Assembly: GCA_963733195.1 (NCBI GenBank)
Contig: CAVTCR010000059.1
Span: 160,001 to 224,000 of the forward strand
Source: an uncultured delta proteobacterium
GTDB taxonomy: Bacteria > Desulfobacterota > Binatia > Bin18
DNA length: 64,000 nucleotides
Direction: 5' to 3'
A program made the position numbers and the translations under genes. This document shows, one piece after another, positions 1-9,607 of the stretch. Numbering within the stretch: the stretch's first letter is position 1; every line of letters starts with the position of its first letter. The notes beneath the pieces were generated by a model. The model was not told where the DNA came from and ran no database searches. It saw nothing but the letters and a program-made list of their open reading frames with translations.

Positions 1-1316
1 GGGGTACGATGATCTGTTGGTCTGTGCTGATCGTGCTTCGTCCTTCATCAAAATCAAGCGACAGTGTGATTCGCTGACTCTTGGCAAAAAGTTGTCTCAG
101 TGCCTTCCTCCACGCTTGGTCCATTACCCATACATGATCGAGAGTATTCAGGTCTCGTGATTCATAAGCGTCTTTGTACATATCTGTTAGCGGGACCAAG
201 GCTGCTTGAGTTGAGTTATATCGGCGAACAAGATCGCTACGGGCAAGGGCCGCCGTTTGTGGGGGCGCGGCACTTGCAGCGGAAGCCCGTGCGCTATCTT
301 CTTCCTCAACATCCCTCTTTCGTGCTGAAAGCATCTCAGTGCTCCCGATTCTCCCTTCCGCGGCGATGGTAGGAGCAGGGGCCTTAGGGCGCACTTGTCG
401 TTCTTTTTCTCCCATCGGGCGGCTTTTCTGTTGAGCAGGAGCTTCGACGTCACGGGCTCCTGCTCCCATAGGAAGCGAGGTAGCAGGGGAGGCAGGAGGT
501 GGAAGCGGTTCTGGCACACGTTCATCTTTCAATGCGAAGTCTTCTTGCCGGGCGGACTGCTTGGCCAGTTTTGCCGGAGGAGTATCCTCTTTTGCTTTCT
601 TCATCGTCTCTTGTTCTGATGCAGCGGCGGATTCCTGCTGTGCGGGTCCCCGTATTGGAGCAGATTCAGAAGCGGCATAGTGGTGGCGGAGGTTGGAGTG
701 TCTGCCTTTCTTCGATTCGCACACCAGTCTCTCGCTTCACCTCAGGCCGCGCTAACTCAGGAACCGGCGCAGAAGTCGGCGCTACATCAGAAGAAATCGG
801 AGCTTTGGTGAAAGAGGAAGAATAATAAGAACGGATGAACGGCACGGACAGTAGCAGCACTAGACCATACGCGAAGGCTGGGTGAAGAAATAGGGATCGC
901 AGACTATGCCATGCGTGTCCGATCCAAGACGCGTGCGTATCTGCGGTAACATTGGGCTGTATTTCTGTGGTCCATTGCTGGATAAGTGCAGGGTCGAACG
1001 ACCCTAACAGTTTCACTTCTTCGCGGCATGCCGCGCATGAACGCAAATGCACATCGATTTTGCTACGTTCTTCTGCTGGTAGGAGATACGATCTCTGTTG
1101 AAACTGGATCAAAGCCTCTGCAGACGGATGGAGTGCGGCACTGGAGTTGCCCATCGAGCGTAAGCTATGTTCGAGCGAGGTCCATTTCTGGATCTCGGCA
1201 GAACATGTAGCGCAGTGCGGATAATGCGCTCTGAACTCTTGCCAGTCTGAACCGTGCGGTTCAATTAGAAAGAGTGCTAGATCGATTTCCTGGGCTTTGT
1301 AACACTTCTCGGCCAT
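1..1316 (-). CDS. Membrane-anchored zinc-binding anti-sigma factor with a Pro/Ala/Glu-rich linker and an NTF2-like C-terminal region; one frameshift near 670-690; runs off the window start
   Basis: ORF 666..1316 has two HxxxCxxC motifs (HYPHCATC, HLRSCAAC) and a TM helix (PAFAYGLVLLLSVPFI). A second minus frame stays open from about 660 to base 1 (...EESKEDTPPAKLAKQ...MYKDAYESRDLNTLDHVW...). Lies directly downstream of an ECF sigma. Confidence 0.75.
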
Positions 1317-1395
1317 GTGACGACAGCTCGATTCCTACGATCTTCGTTCAATGCTCCTACCTAATAAGAAAGACCAGAACTTCTCACAAATGGGA

Positions 1396-1944
1396 TCACT
1401 CTCCCTCAAAAAGTTGTTTTCGTAACTGGGTTAACGCTTGTTGCAGATAGCGTTTGAGGCTCCCGAGTGGAATTGCTGTCACTGCCGCCGCTTCCTCATA
1501 CGTTCGTCCTTCAACATACACAGCCTGCACAACCTGCTGTTGCTTCTCGGGTAAACTTAGCAAGGCAGAACGAACCGACAATGCCGCCGTTTCATCCTGT
1601 GTTTCGCTGAGATCAGGAAGCTGTGTAACCTCCATCCCACGATTCGCTTGTAAGAAATCGTAGAACTCATGGCGCGTGATGATCCGCGCATACTCGACAA
1701 AGGCTTTGGGTTCGCGCAGCTTTCCTTGACTGAAACTCTGGACCAGTTTCATCAAAACAATCTGACGTAGATCTTCCCATTCTTCGCGGTGATCAAACGC
1801 GCGCAACCCGGCCAAAAAACCGGAAACTAAGCGGTTGAGTTTGGCAAAAGCGACATGCTTCGCATCTGGCGTGCCATGCAGTAGCGCCTCCATAACACTT
1901 TCCCAATCTTCTGTAGGGCGATTATGCTCCTCACGTGCACGCAT
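1396..1944 (-). CDS. ECF-type RNA polymerase sigma factor
   Basis: Region 2 (EDLRQIVLMKL) and region 4.2 (LPEKQQQVVQAVYVEGRTYEEAAAVTAIPLGSLKRYL); adjacent anti-sigma gene. Confidence 0.9.
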   Translation of the reverse strand: MRAREEHNRPTEDWESVMEALLHGTPDAKHVAFAKLNRLVSGFLAGLRAFDHREEWEDLRQIVLMKLVQSFSQGKLREPKAFVEYARIITRHEFYDFLQANRGMEVTQLPDLSETQDETAALSVRSALLSLPEKQQQVVQAVYVEGRTYEEAAAVTAIPLGSLKRYLQQALTQLRKQLFEGE

Positions 1945-2073
1945 TGCCAACAACCAAACAATTCGCCTTTCCCTGCATAGACATACAATACTCTCGTATA
2001 ATCGTCCAAGCGGTGATCCGATTCGCCTTACTCCGGGGTCTTACTCAATAAAGCGCAAGAAAGAAACACTGAC

Positions 2074-4278
2074 ATGCAATGCGATGCACGTATCTGGCAG
2101 GTAATGGTTTTGACGGGAATCCTCGTTTTTGGTGTCCATTCATTGGATTTTCCGCTGTCGCTCAGTGTTATTATCGCAACGTTGGTCAGCGGGATACTGA
2201 GCGAGTATCTCTTTAGTGCGCTTCTGGGGTTCAAGCGAGAGCCGCGACCCTTAAGCGCGACGATCAGTGCATTGAGTGTCCTCTTGCTCTTTCGTTCGTC
2301 ACTTGCCTGGGCCTATCCGTGTATTGTGGTTTTGGCAGTTGCCAGTAAATACTTCATCCGCTTGCGCGGACGACACTGGCTCAATCCGACCAACTTTGCC
2401 GTGTTGGTAGGGACATTATTCCTCCCAGGATGGCTTTCTTCCGGGCAGTGGGGGCATCTCGCTATCCTTCCGCTTGCTTTAGGTGGACTTGGTATTCTCG
2501 TCCTGTTGCGGGCCGGACGGCTCGATAGTGCACTCACGTTTCTCGCTTTGAGTTCTACGTTAGAGTGCGCGCGGATTCTCTATTACGGCTATCCACACCC
2601 AGTCGATATTTTTGTCCATCGCCTCAATAACGGCGCACTGTGGCTGTTCACTTTCTATATGCTCACTGATCCACAGACGACCCCACAGGCGCGGTGGGGC
2701 CGAGTGCTACATGCCAGTCTTGTCGCGCTTGTCGGTTTTTACTTTGCTGAATGGTGGTACTGGAAAGACACGTTTCTTTGGTCGCTTTTGTGTATATCGC
2801 CGACCGTTCCATTACTCGATTGGCTTCACGCAGCACGTAACACACAATACGTTTCCGGCAGTCATCAACCCGTAACCCCAAATCCAATTTCCCAGGAGGT
2901 CTCTCGTATGCAAAAGCAGCTTGTTCGTGTCTCTCTTCTGTTGTTGAGCTTTGTCCTGTTGTGGCCGAATCTCGGCTACAGCTTCTGTGGTTTTTATGTT
3001 GCTCGGGCTGATGCCAAACTCTATAACTCGGCCTCTCAGGTTGTCGTCGCTCGTGACGAAGACAAGACTGTGATTACGATGGTGAATAACTTCAAAGGCG
3101 ATCTGAAAGAATTCGCGATGGTTATTCCGGTTCCAACGGTGCTGGAAAAAGAGATGGTCCGGGTTATCGAGCCGAAGGTGGTTGAGCACCTCGATGCCTA
3201 TTCCGCACCGCGGTTAGTAGAGTATCACGATCCTGATCCGTGTATGGCTGTAGTGATGGAACAAGAAGGACGGATGATGGCGAAGTCAGCAGCGGCTCCG
3301 ATGGCAGATGCGAGACGTGAACGAGCTGCGTCCCTCGGCGTGAGAATCGAGGCGGAGTACACTGTTGGTGAGTACGACATTGTCGTGCTTTCAGCCAAAG
3401 AATCACAGGGATTGGAGACATGGCTGAAGCAGAATAACTACAATATTCCTGTTGGTGCGTCGCAAGCACTGGCGCCGTATATTCGCAGTGACATGAAGTT
3501 CTTTGTTGCCAAAGTTAACCTCAAAGAACAGGGGCGCTCGGGTTTTACCTCGTTACGACCGTTGCAGTTTGCGTTTGAATCGCCACGCTTCATGCTGCCG
3601 ATTCGCTTAGGCATGATCAACGCAGATGGTCCACAAGACTTGTTAATTTACTTTCTGACCAAGCAGTATCGGGTTGAGGTGACCAATTACCGCAATCCCA
3701 AACTGCCGAGCGACCAAGAAGTCCCTCCCTACATTAAGCAAGAATTTGCGAAATTTTACACTGATATGTTTCGTACCGCGACCAGCAAGGAAAACTCACA
3801 GGCTGTTTTTACTGAGTACGCCTGGAACATGAGCTGGTGTGATCCTTGTGCGGCAGAGCCATTGTCGCAACAGGAGCTGGAAAGCTTAGGGGTATGGTGG
3901 CTTAGCGGCTCACAAGGGAGAGTTGCTCCTGGAGGCTTGCCGTGGCCAGGTGGAGGAGCCGTACAAGCCTATGTAACACGGTTGCATGTCCGTTATGATG
4001 CACAGCACTTTCCAGAAGATTTATCCTTCAAGATTACCCAGGACACATCGAACTTTCAGGGACGGTACATCTTGCGTCATCCATGGACGGGTACTGTGAG
4101 TTGCCCCGCAGGGCAGGAATATCTGCGACAAGTCTCCCAACGGCAAGAACGTGAAGCGCAGACGCTGGCTTCACTCACAGGCTGGGATCTCCAGCAAATC
4201 CGTACACGCCAACCAAAGGTTGCAGCTGTGTCAGAGCAAGGCTGGAAAGAGCAGATTAAGTCGTTGTTCAAGAAGTAG
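2074..4278 (+). CDS. In-frame fusion of an RnfD/NqrB-like membrane protein (aa 1 to about 278) and a secreted DUF2330-type protein (from internal ATG 2908)
   Basis: Multi-TM N-half with SKYFIRLRGRHWLNPTNFA and FYMLTDPQTTP motifs. Internal AGGAGG (2894-2899) and in-frame ATG 2908, then a signal peptide and FCGFYV...WNMSWCDPC typical of DUF2330. Confidence 0.8.
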   Translation: MQCDARIWQVMVLTGILVFGVHSLDFPLSLSVIIATLVSGILSEYLFSALLGFKREPRPLSATISALSVLLLFRSSLAWAYPCIVVLAVASKYFIRLRGRHWLNPTNFAVLVGTLFLPGWLSSGQWGHLAILPLALGGLGILVLLRAGRLDSALTFLALSSTLECARILYYGYPHPVDIFVHRLNNGALWLFTFYMLTDPQTTPQARWGRVLHASLVALVGFYFAEWWYWKDTFLWSLLCISPTVPLLDWLHAARNTQYVSGSHQPVTPNPISQEVSRMQKQLVRVSLLLLSFVLLWPNLGYSFCGFYVARADAKLYNSASQVVVARDEDKTVITMVNNFKGDLKEFAMVIPVPTVLEKEMVRVIEPKVVEHLDAYSAPRLVEYHDPDPCMAVVMEQEGRMMAKSAAAPMADARRERAASLGVRIEAEYTVGEYDIVVLSAKESQGLETWLKQNNYNIPVGASQALAPYIRSDMKFFVAKVNLKEQGRSGFTSLRPLQFAFESPRFMLPIRLGMINADGPQDLLIYFLTKQYRVEVTNYRNPKLPSDQEVPPYIKQEFAKFYTDMFRTATSKENSQAVFTEYAWNMSWCDPCAAEPLSQQELESLGVWWLSGSQGRVAPGGLPWPGGGAVQAYVTRLHVRYDAQHFPEDLSFKITQDTSNFQGRYILRHPWTGTVSCPAGQEYLRQVSQRQEREAQTLASLTGWDLQQIRTRQPKVAAVSEQGWKEQIKSLFKK

Positions 4279-5226
4279 GCTGTTGCGGTTGAGCAGCGAG
4301 ACCTTTTTTCAACGCCCGAATAGTTGAGACAAAGGTCTCGCGCAGTGCGCTTTTCTGCAAAGCCAGTGGTACTGGGAGCTTGGCCTTGTCTTTGGCGGTG
4401 CCGGTATAGGTCACTAACGTTTTTGTCCCATCGGGTGACGGTGTGAAGCGATACTGCCCGGTCAGATCAGAGAATTGGTTCTCAATGGTTTTGATCGTGA
4501 CTCGATTCTCTTCCGGCACGAACGTGAACTCCAGGGTCAAGCGTTGTGGCTGACCAAGAATCACCATTTCGAACTCTACTGTTTTACGATTGCCTTCGCT
4601 GCTCAAGAGCTTTGCGTAGCGAACAGAATCACTAAATTCCCGTGAGCGTTCGGGCTCGGCAAACGCACGAAAAACTGTGTCGACGGGCGCATCAACCCTG
4701 GAGGTGAACTCAATCTGCATGGTGTCAGTGTCCTTCTCTAGCTTTTCGCTGAGAATTTCTGCCACTTGCCCTTCCCATTGCTGGGCCGCAGAGCGCAAGC
4801 GCAAATACCACCACCCAATGGCAGTGGCACCGACAACACTAAGAACGAGAGCACTCCAGAGAAATCTTTTCACGGACTTAGCGAAGCGCGCTCTGCTGAC
4901 TGTGCCTGGGAGTGGACCACTAAAATAAATCTGGTCTTGACCACGGATATGTTCAGGATTAAGTACGTAATTCCCACCCAACGATGGGGTCCATACTCTC
5001 TCCGCCGTAGTATAATTACCGCCGGTGAGTACATAGGCAAAACCACCTGTGATCCCACCGAGCGTGGCATACACTAACTTGGTAGGCATGTAAACGACAT
5101 TGGCAAGGACGGTTGCTGTTCCCACCCCAACATCGTCGCTAAAATCAGCCTGCACGGTTATCGGAGCCGATAACAGCTAAAGTCGAACAGTCCACTACCC
5201 AGAATACGAATCATTCTCTTTCTCAT
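4268..5226 (-). CDS. Small exported/membrane protein joined in frame to an SRPBCC (START-like) domain protein; probably two genes and/or a frameshifted signal peptide
   Basis: AGGAGG + ATG at 5226 (MRKRMIRILGSGLF...) is out of frame with ORF 4268..5155. The C-terminal half (RVDAPVDTVFRAFAEPERSREF...) is SRPBCC-like and follows its own TM segment (VKRFLWSALVLSVVG). Confidence 0.6.
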
Positions 5227-5254
5227 AACTTCAACCTCCTCTTCAACCTCTTTA

Positions 5255-5992
5255 TCATCCTTCTGTTTTCACCACACAGCCGGTGGGTAAAAGTTGCATT
5301 AAGTGTGCGAATGCGTGTTCAACATACTCCCTATCTTTTGACTCAAGTGTCAGTTTAACACGATACTCGCTGTTACCAATCTTAGGGTAGGATCCTAAGA
5401 GTAGCTCTGGGTAGATACGTAGCGTTTCGTTCAGATGAACGGCAATGACACTTTCTAGTTCGTTGGTATAGATGATCTTTAGATGGTACGGGTCACTCAC
5501 AAAGCGCTCTTTGAGGGCGTGAAACTTCTGCTGCAGAATCTCAGGGATCCCCGGCAGGATGTAAATATTCTCCGCTTTGATAGTGGGGAAGCGAATGCGC
5601 TCATCCATCAGTAATTCCGCCCCTTCTGGTACTTCAGCCATTTTCAGATGAGCAGCATTCGGAGTTTTCCCGTTCAGATACTCATGGATCTTCGCTTCAA
5701 GGACAGGGTGGACAATCACGCGACGCCCCAGGGCTCGTGCGACGCCTTCGATGGTAATGTCGTCGTGAGTTGGGCCAACTCCTCCCGACGTGAAGACGAG
5801 ATCAAATGTTTGGTGGAAATCGCGGACTGTTTCTTCAATGACATCTAGCTCATCGGGAATCACGATGACGCGCTTGAGCGTGACACCCAGCTGGCGAAGT
5901 TCATGTGCCAAGAACGCCGAATTCGAATCGACCGTCTTGCCTGAGAGGATCTCGTTTCCGATCACTACGATACCAGCCCTCAGTTCACGCAT
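5255..5992 (-). CDS. Molybdopterin-binding domain protein (CinA N-terminal-like)
   Basis: IGNEILSGKTVDSN and SGGVGPTHDDIT motifs, LPGIP. Confidence 0.88.
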   Translation of the reverse strand: MRELRAGIVVIGNEILSGKTVDSNSAFLAHELRQLGVTLKRVIVIPDELDVIEETVRDFHQTFDLVFTSGGVGPTHDDITIEGVARALGRRVIVHPVLEAKIHEYLNGKTPNAAHLKMAEVPEGAELLMDERIRFPTIKAENIYILPGIPEILQQKFHALKERFVSDPYHLKIIYTNELESVIAVHLNETLRIYPELLLGSYPKIGNSEYRVKLTLESKDREYVEHAFAHLMQLLPTGCVVKTEG

Positions 5993-5998
5993 AGCGGC

Positions 5999-6028
5999 AC
6001 TATAAACTGCTTTGGGGGAGTATGGCAA
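5999..6028 (-). promoter_or_regulatory. Sigma70-like promoter giving a leaderless transcript
   Basis: Minus strand reads TTGCCA-N18-TATAGT-N6-ATG(5992), with no Shine-Dalgarno. Confidence 0.5.
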
Positions 6029-6052
6029 GATTTTTCTTATGACGGACAGAGC

Positions 6053-7117
6053 TTATTCGCTGACGAAGCCGATGTCGAGGTCTTTGGCGTCTTTAAATTC
6101 GCGTAACAGAAAGTCTTTAAGCTTCTTCTTCAGTCGGCTTTCTAACTGACGAATCCGTTCACGGCTGATACCGTACTGATCACCGATCTCTTGCAATGTC
6201 ACCGGCTCTTCGGCGAGCAAGCGGGTGCGGAAGATGACTTCTTCTTTTCCCTTGAGGGTACGCGCAAACTCGAGCATCTTTTTGCTCATGAGCGCACGGT
6301 ACTCCGCCGCGGCAACGGCTTCTTCCGCGTTGTCCTGTTTGGTAGAAATGAGATCTCCCAGGGTCGCACTCTCTCCTTCGTCGGCGTCGATCGGCGTATC
6401 GAGCGACACATCACGTCCGGCCATGCGCTTTTGCATCTCGACGACTTCTTCTTCTTTAACGCCAAGATTTTGTGCAATCAGTTTCGGTGCAGGAGAAAAT
6501 CCCTCTGCCTCAAGCCGTTCTTTTTCGCGTTGAAGATTGAAGAACAATTTGCGCTGGGCTTGAGTGGTGCCAAGTTTGACCATGCGCCAGTTATTCATCA
6601 AGTAACGAATGATATACGCCCGGACCCACCATACGGCATACGAGGGGAAGCGTACGCCTCGATAGGGATCGAAGTTGCGCACGGCCTCCATGAGGCCAAT
6701 GCTTCCTTCCTGAATCAAATCAAGCAAGTTGTGCACAGCGCGTTCGTATTTACGCGCGAACATGACGACCAGCCGCAAATTCGCGGTGACGAGTCGATAC
6801 GCTGCCTCGACATCTCCATGCTCTTTGTAACGGACGGCAAGTTGGTGCTCCTCTTCTGGTGTAAGCAACGGATAGCGACGAATTTCTGCTAGATATCGCT
6901 GAAGAGGATCATATGGAACTAGTGCGGTATCGGTTTCTGCACTGTCCTTCTCCTCATCTTCGGTAGTAACGTCGTCGTCAGAGAGGGTTTCCACCTCCAC
7001 GAGCGGTGCTTCTGTTATTTCTTCTTCACCGGACGCTTCTACAGTGTCGGCTCGGGAAACGTCAGAGGGAGAAGGACGAACGATCTCCTCTTTGGCTTTT
7101 TTTCTGGCACGTGGCAT
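6053..7117 (-). CDS. rpoH: Heat-shock sigma factor (sigma-32 family)
   Basis: RpoH box QRKLFFNLQR, DLIQEGSIGLMEAV, and TLQEIGDQYGISRERIRQLE HTH; acidic N-terminal extension. Confidence 0.9.
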   Translation of the reverse strand: MPRARKKAKEEIVRPSPSDVSRADTVEASGEEEITEAPLVEVETLSDDDVTTEDEEKDSAETDTALVPYDPLQRYLAEIRRYPLLTPEEEHQLAVRYKEHGDVEAAYRLVTANLRLVVMFARKYERAVHNLLDLIQEGSIGLMEAVRNFDPYRGVRFPSYAVWWVRAYIIRYLMNNWRMVKLGTTQAQRKLFFNLQREKERLEAEGFSPAPKLIAQNLGVKEEEVVEMQKRMAGRDVSLDTPIDADEGESATLGDLISTKQDNAEEAVAAAEYRALMSKKMLEFARTLKGKEEVIFRTRLLAEEPVTLQEIGDQYGISRERIRQLESRLKKKLKDFLLREFKDAKDLDIGFVSE

Positions 7118-7167
7118 GACAAGGACAGTATACGGTATGAGCTAACGGCAGGGGAGGCCCCTTGGCT

Positions 7168-8307
7168 CTAGAGGTGCAAGTTTTTACGTGGTGTGTCTGT
7201 ATAGCAACGTTCAAGTTGATCGACCGCTTGATGAAAGCGTTCACTCACTTCCTGGGGAACCTGGATCATGACTTTGACGTAAAAGTCACCATTCGTGTTT
7301 GTTTTTGTATCTGTGACACCTTTGCCTTTGAGCCGCAATACCTGACCGCTTTGACTGCCCGCGGGAATCTTGAGTTTGACGTCACCATGAGGAGTCGGGA
7401 CGGTAATGGTTGCACCATTCACTGCTTCGCCAATAGTCACTGGTACATCAAGGTACAGATCAAACCCCTTACGGGTCAATGTCGGATGGGGTTGGATGCG
7501 GATCTCAAGATACAGGTCGCCAGACGGACCACCGCTATGCGCTGCACCTTTGCCTGCCAAACGAATACGGGTGCCTTCATCTACACCTGCCGGTATCTTC
7601 ACAGTCAATTTCTCTGGCGTCGTGATGCGACCGCTGCCACCACATTGGTTGCATCCTCCAGAGTTCAATCTACCGGAACCTCCACAGCGGGCGCAGGTAC
7701 GGAAAAAAGCCATGGGGCCAGTACCAACACGAACTTGCCCTTGTCCTCCGCATTCTATGCACGCGCTGCTCTGACGTCTTACGCGACCCCCAGTGCCATG
7801 ACAGGTAGGGCACGGGCTTGGGCGCTGGATAGAAATGGTCGTACTCGTGCCGCGTATTGCATCAAGGAGGCTGAGATCGAGAACATACTCGAGGTCTTGC
7901 GCTGGCGTAACCTCCGGCTGTGAACGGCCACCGCGCCCAAAGTTACCAAAAATGTCGCCAAAAAGATCTTCAAATCCAGGTCCCGTACTGGAAGTGGTGC
8001 GATTCCCTTGTTGCCGAGAGGTAGAGCCTCGGGCGCTGTTCCATTGCCGGTAGGCACGCATTTGTTCTGCGTTAAACCCTGGCTGGAGTCCCTCCTCGCC
8101 AAATTCATCATAGAGCTTGCGCTTTGGCTCATCACTGAGAACGTCATGAGCCAAAGACACCTCTTTAAAGCGCTCTTCAGCTTGTTTGTTTCCTTGATTC
8201 ACATCGGGATGATACTTCCGTGCGAGCTGCCGATAGGCTTTTTTAATCTCGTCGGTTGAAGCGGTGCGGTTAACACCCAGCACGGTGTACAGATCCTTTT
8301 TGGCCAC
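7168..8307 (-). CDS. dnaJ: Chaperone DnaJ (J domain, G/F region, four CxxCxGxG repeats, C-terminal domain)
   Basis: HPD motif; [32 protein letters not shown]; GTG start overlaps the rpoZ stop codon. Confidence 0.9.
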   Translation of the reverse strand: MAKKDLYTVLGVNRTASTDEIKKAYRQLARKYHPDVNQGNKQAEERFKEVSLAHDVLSDEPKRKLYDEFGEEGLQPGFNAEQMRAYRQWNSARGSTSRQQGNRTTSSTGPGFEDLFGDIFGNFGRGGRSQPEVTPAQDLEYVLDLSLLDAIRGTSTTISIQRPSPCPTCHGTGGRVRRQSSACIECGGQGQVRVGTGPMAFFRTCARCGGSGRLNSGGCNQCGGSGRITTPEKLTVKIPAGVDEGTRIRLAGKGAAHSGGPSGDLYLEIRIQPHPTLTRKGFDLYLDVPVTIGEAVNGATITVPTPHGDVKLKIPAGSQSGQVLRLKGKGVTDTKTNTNGDFYVKVMIQVPQEVSERFHQAVDQLERCYTDTPRKNLHL

Positions 8308-8507
8308 TACTTAATCTCTTTCGAAGCTTCTGACCAGACTTTTCCGGCAGCGATTTCGCGGAGGGCCGTTACGACTTCTTTGTTATCGGAGCCGACGAGC
8401 GGACGTGCTCCTTTGAGCAATTCTTTTGCTCGTCGTGCGGCGATCACAATGAGCTGGAAACGGTTGGGGATTTTTTGCAGACAATCTTCAACGGTAATAC
8501 GTGCCAC
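8307..8507 (-). CDS. rpoZ: RNA polymerase omega subunit
   Basis: (M)[30 protein letters not shown]...[10 protein letters not shown]; AAGGAGG upstream of GTG 8507. Confidence 0.95.
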   Translation of the reverse strand: MARITVEDCLQKIPNRFQLIVIAARRAKELLKGARPLVGSDNKEVVTALREIAAGKVWSEASKEIK

Positions 8508-8650
8508 GCGAGTCCTCCTTGGGAAGCAAAAATTGTCCAGTATGCTTCCTTTACACAGGAACAACGTAACACTGAAAAGAGAGAAGTAAAGAAAGCTCTG
8601 AACGGAGAGTCTCTGCCCTGTCCCTGGCTGAACGATTCTGGGAGTTCAGG

Positions 8651-8680
8651 GTAGAGACGTAGCAGGGGCTACGTCTCTAC
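8651..8680. repeat. GTAG-type REP palindrome
   Basis: GTAGAGACGTAGC-AGGG-GCTACGTCTCTAC, perfect 13-bp stem. Confidence 0.8.
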
Positions 8681-8717
8681 AATAGCAGGAGAAAGATGTT
8701 GGTGTAAGAAGAAACAA

Positions 8718-9341
8718 TCACTCGTCGTCTTCTGCAACGTGATCGCTTTCTCCCCCACGCAATGGACGAGGAGCAAAGTGTCCTTGGACTGACGCTGCAC
8801 TTGGCGGAGTCCACTGTTGGCCCTGGGCCGGGCTGGGTCGGGGAGCACCGTTGTGTCCGCGTGGGCGATTATGGCGTTGCTGTTGGTCATGCCGCCACGG
8901 CGGTTTTTGTCGCTGGTCTTGGTTTGGGGCCGGTTGCCGCAAGCGGTTCCCGATGAAGCCTACCCGTTCCTCGATGCGCTTCAGCGACGCAATGAGCGGG
9001 TTGAGATGTTCCATGAGACTACGCCGGATTAAATCGCCAACAATGGGGAGGACGGTGTCTGATTCAAGGTTTCCGTCTGGAGAGACTGTTGGTGTCGCAC
9101 TCTTCAAGCTTTGTATTTCTACAGTCAGAGAAGACAAACTCGCTGTGATTTTCTCTTCAAGGGCATTGAGACGTTCCGTGAGAAGCTGTAGTCCATCGAT
9201 ACTTGGTTCTGTTGCTGGAGGTAGCGGAGAATCCGTCGTCTCCTTTGTGGCGCGACTGCGAGGTTTGAGCGGAACAGCGGTAGTCCGCGTGGTGCTTGCC
9301 CGTTTGGTCGTCGTTGATGACGCTACTTTCGCCATGGACAT
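8718..9341 (-). CDS. Hypothetical protein with disordered termini and a central coiled coil
   Basis: 207-aa ORF, co-oriented with neighbours, heptad segments (LTERLNALEEKI, LIASLKRIEERV). Confidence 0.65.
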   Translation of the reverse strand: MSMAKVASSTTTKRASTTRTTAVPLKPRSRATKETTDSPLPPATEPSIDGLQLLTERLNALEEKITASLSSLTVEIQSLKSATPTVSPDGNLESDTVLPIVGDLIRRSLMEHLNPLIASLKRIEERVGFIGNRLRQPAPNQDQRQKPPWRHDQQQRHNRPRGHNGAPRPSPAQGQQWTPPSAASVQGHFAPRPLRGGESDHVAEDDE

Positions 9342-9374
9342 CCTTTCTATGGGAGGTGCCTCGTTATGGAGAGG

Positions 9375-9587
9375 TCACAAGAGGTGTGTTGCATACTCCA
9401 GCAACTCCCCAAGTTTGCGAATCTTACTGGCTCGTGCTGCTTTTTCTTCGGTGGGAGCAGCAGTAAATTCTTCAAGATGGATCTTTAAGCTGTGCTCAAT
9501 TGCTTCGACACAGGTCTGAAGACACACTTGCTCACGTTGCCGCCGTCGAGCCCGGAGAATACTTTGTAAAGGGATAATTTCGGCCAT
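9375..9587 (-). CDS. Small hypothetical helical protein
   Basis: 70-aa ORF filling the gap downstream of trmJ, same orientation. Confidence 0.6.
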   Translation of the reverse strand: MAEIIPLQSILRARRRQREQVCLQTCVEAIEHSLKIHLEEFTAAPTEEKAARASKIRKLGELLEYATHLL

Positions 9588-9607
9588 GATGCGTCGCGAG
9601 CCTTACG

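Noticed and set aside
6191-7923. Long plus-strand ORFs (233 and 253 aa) antisense to rpoH and dnaJ; likewise 8851..9519, 21702..22253, 50876..51709 and 57784..58446
   Set aside because: Shadow frames of well-supported genes, with no RBS or recognisable motifs
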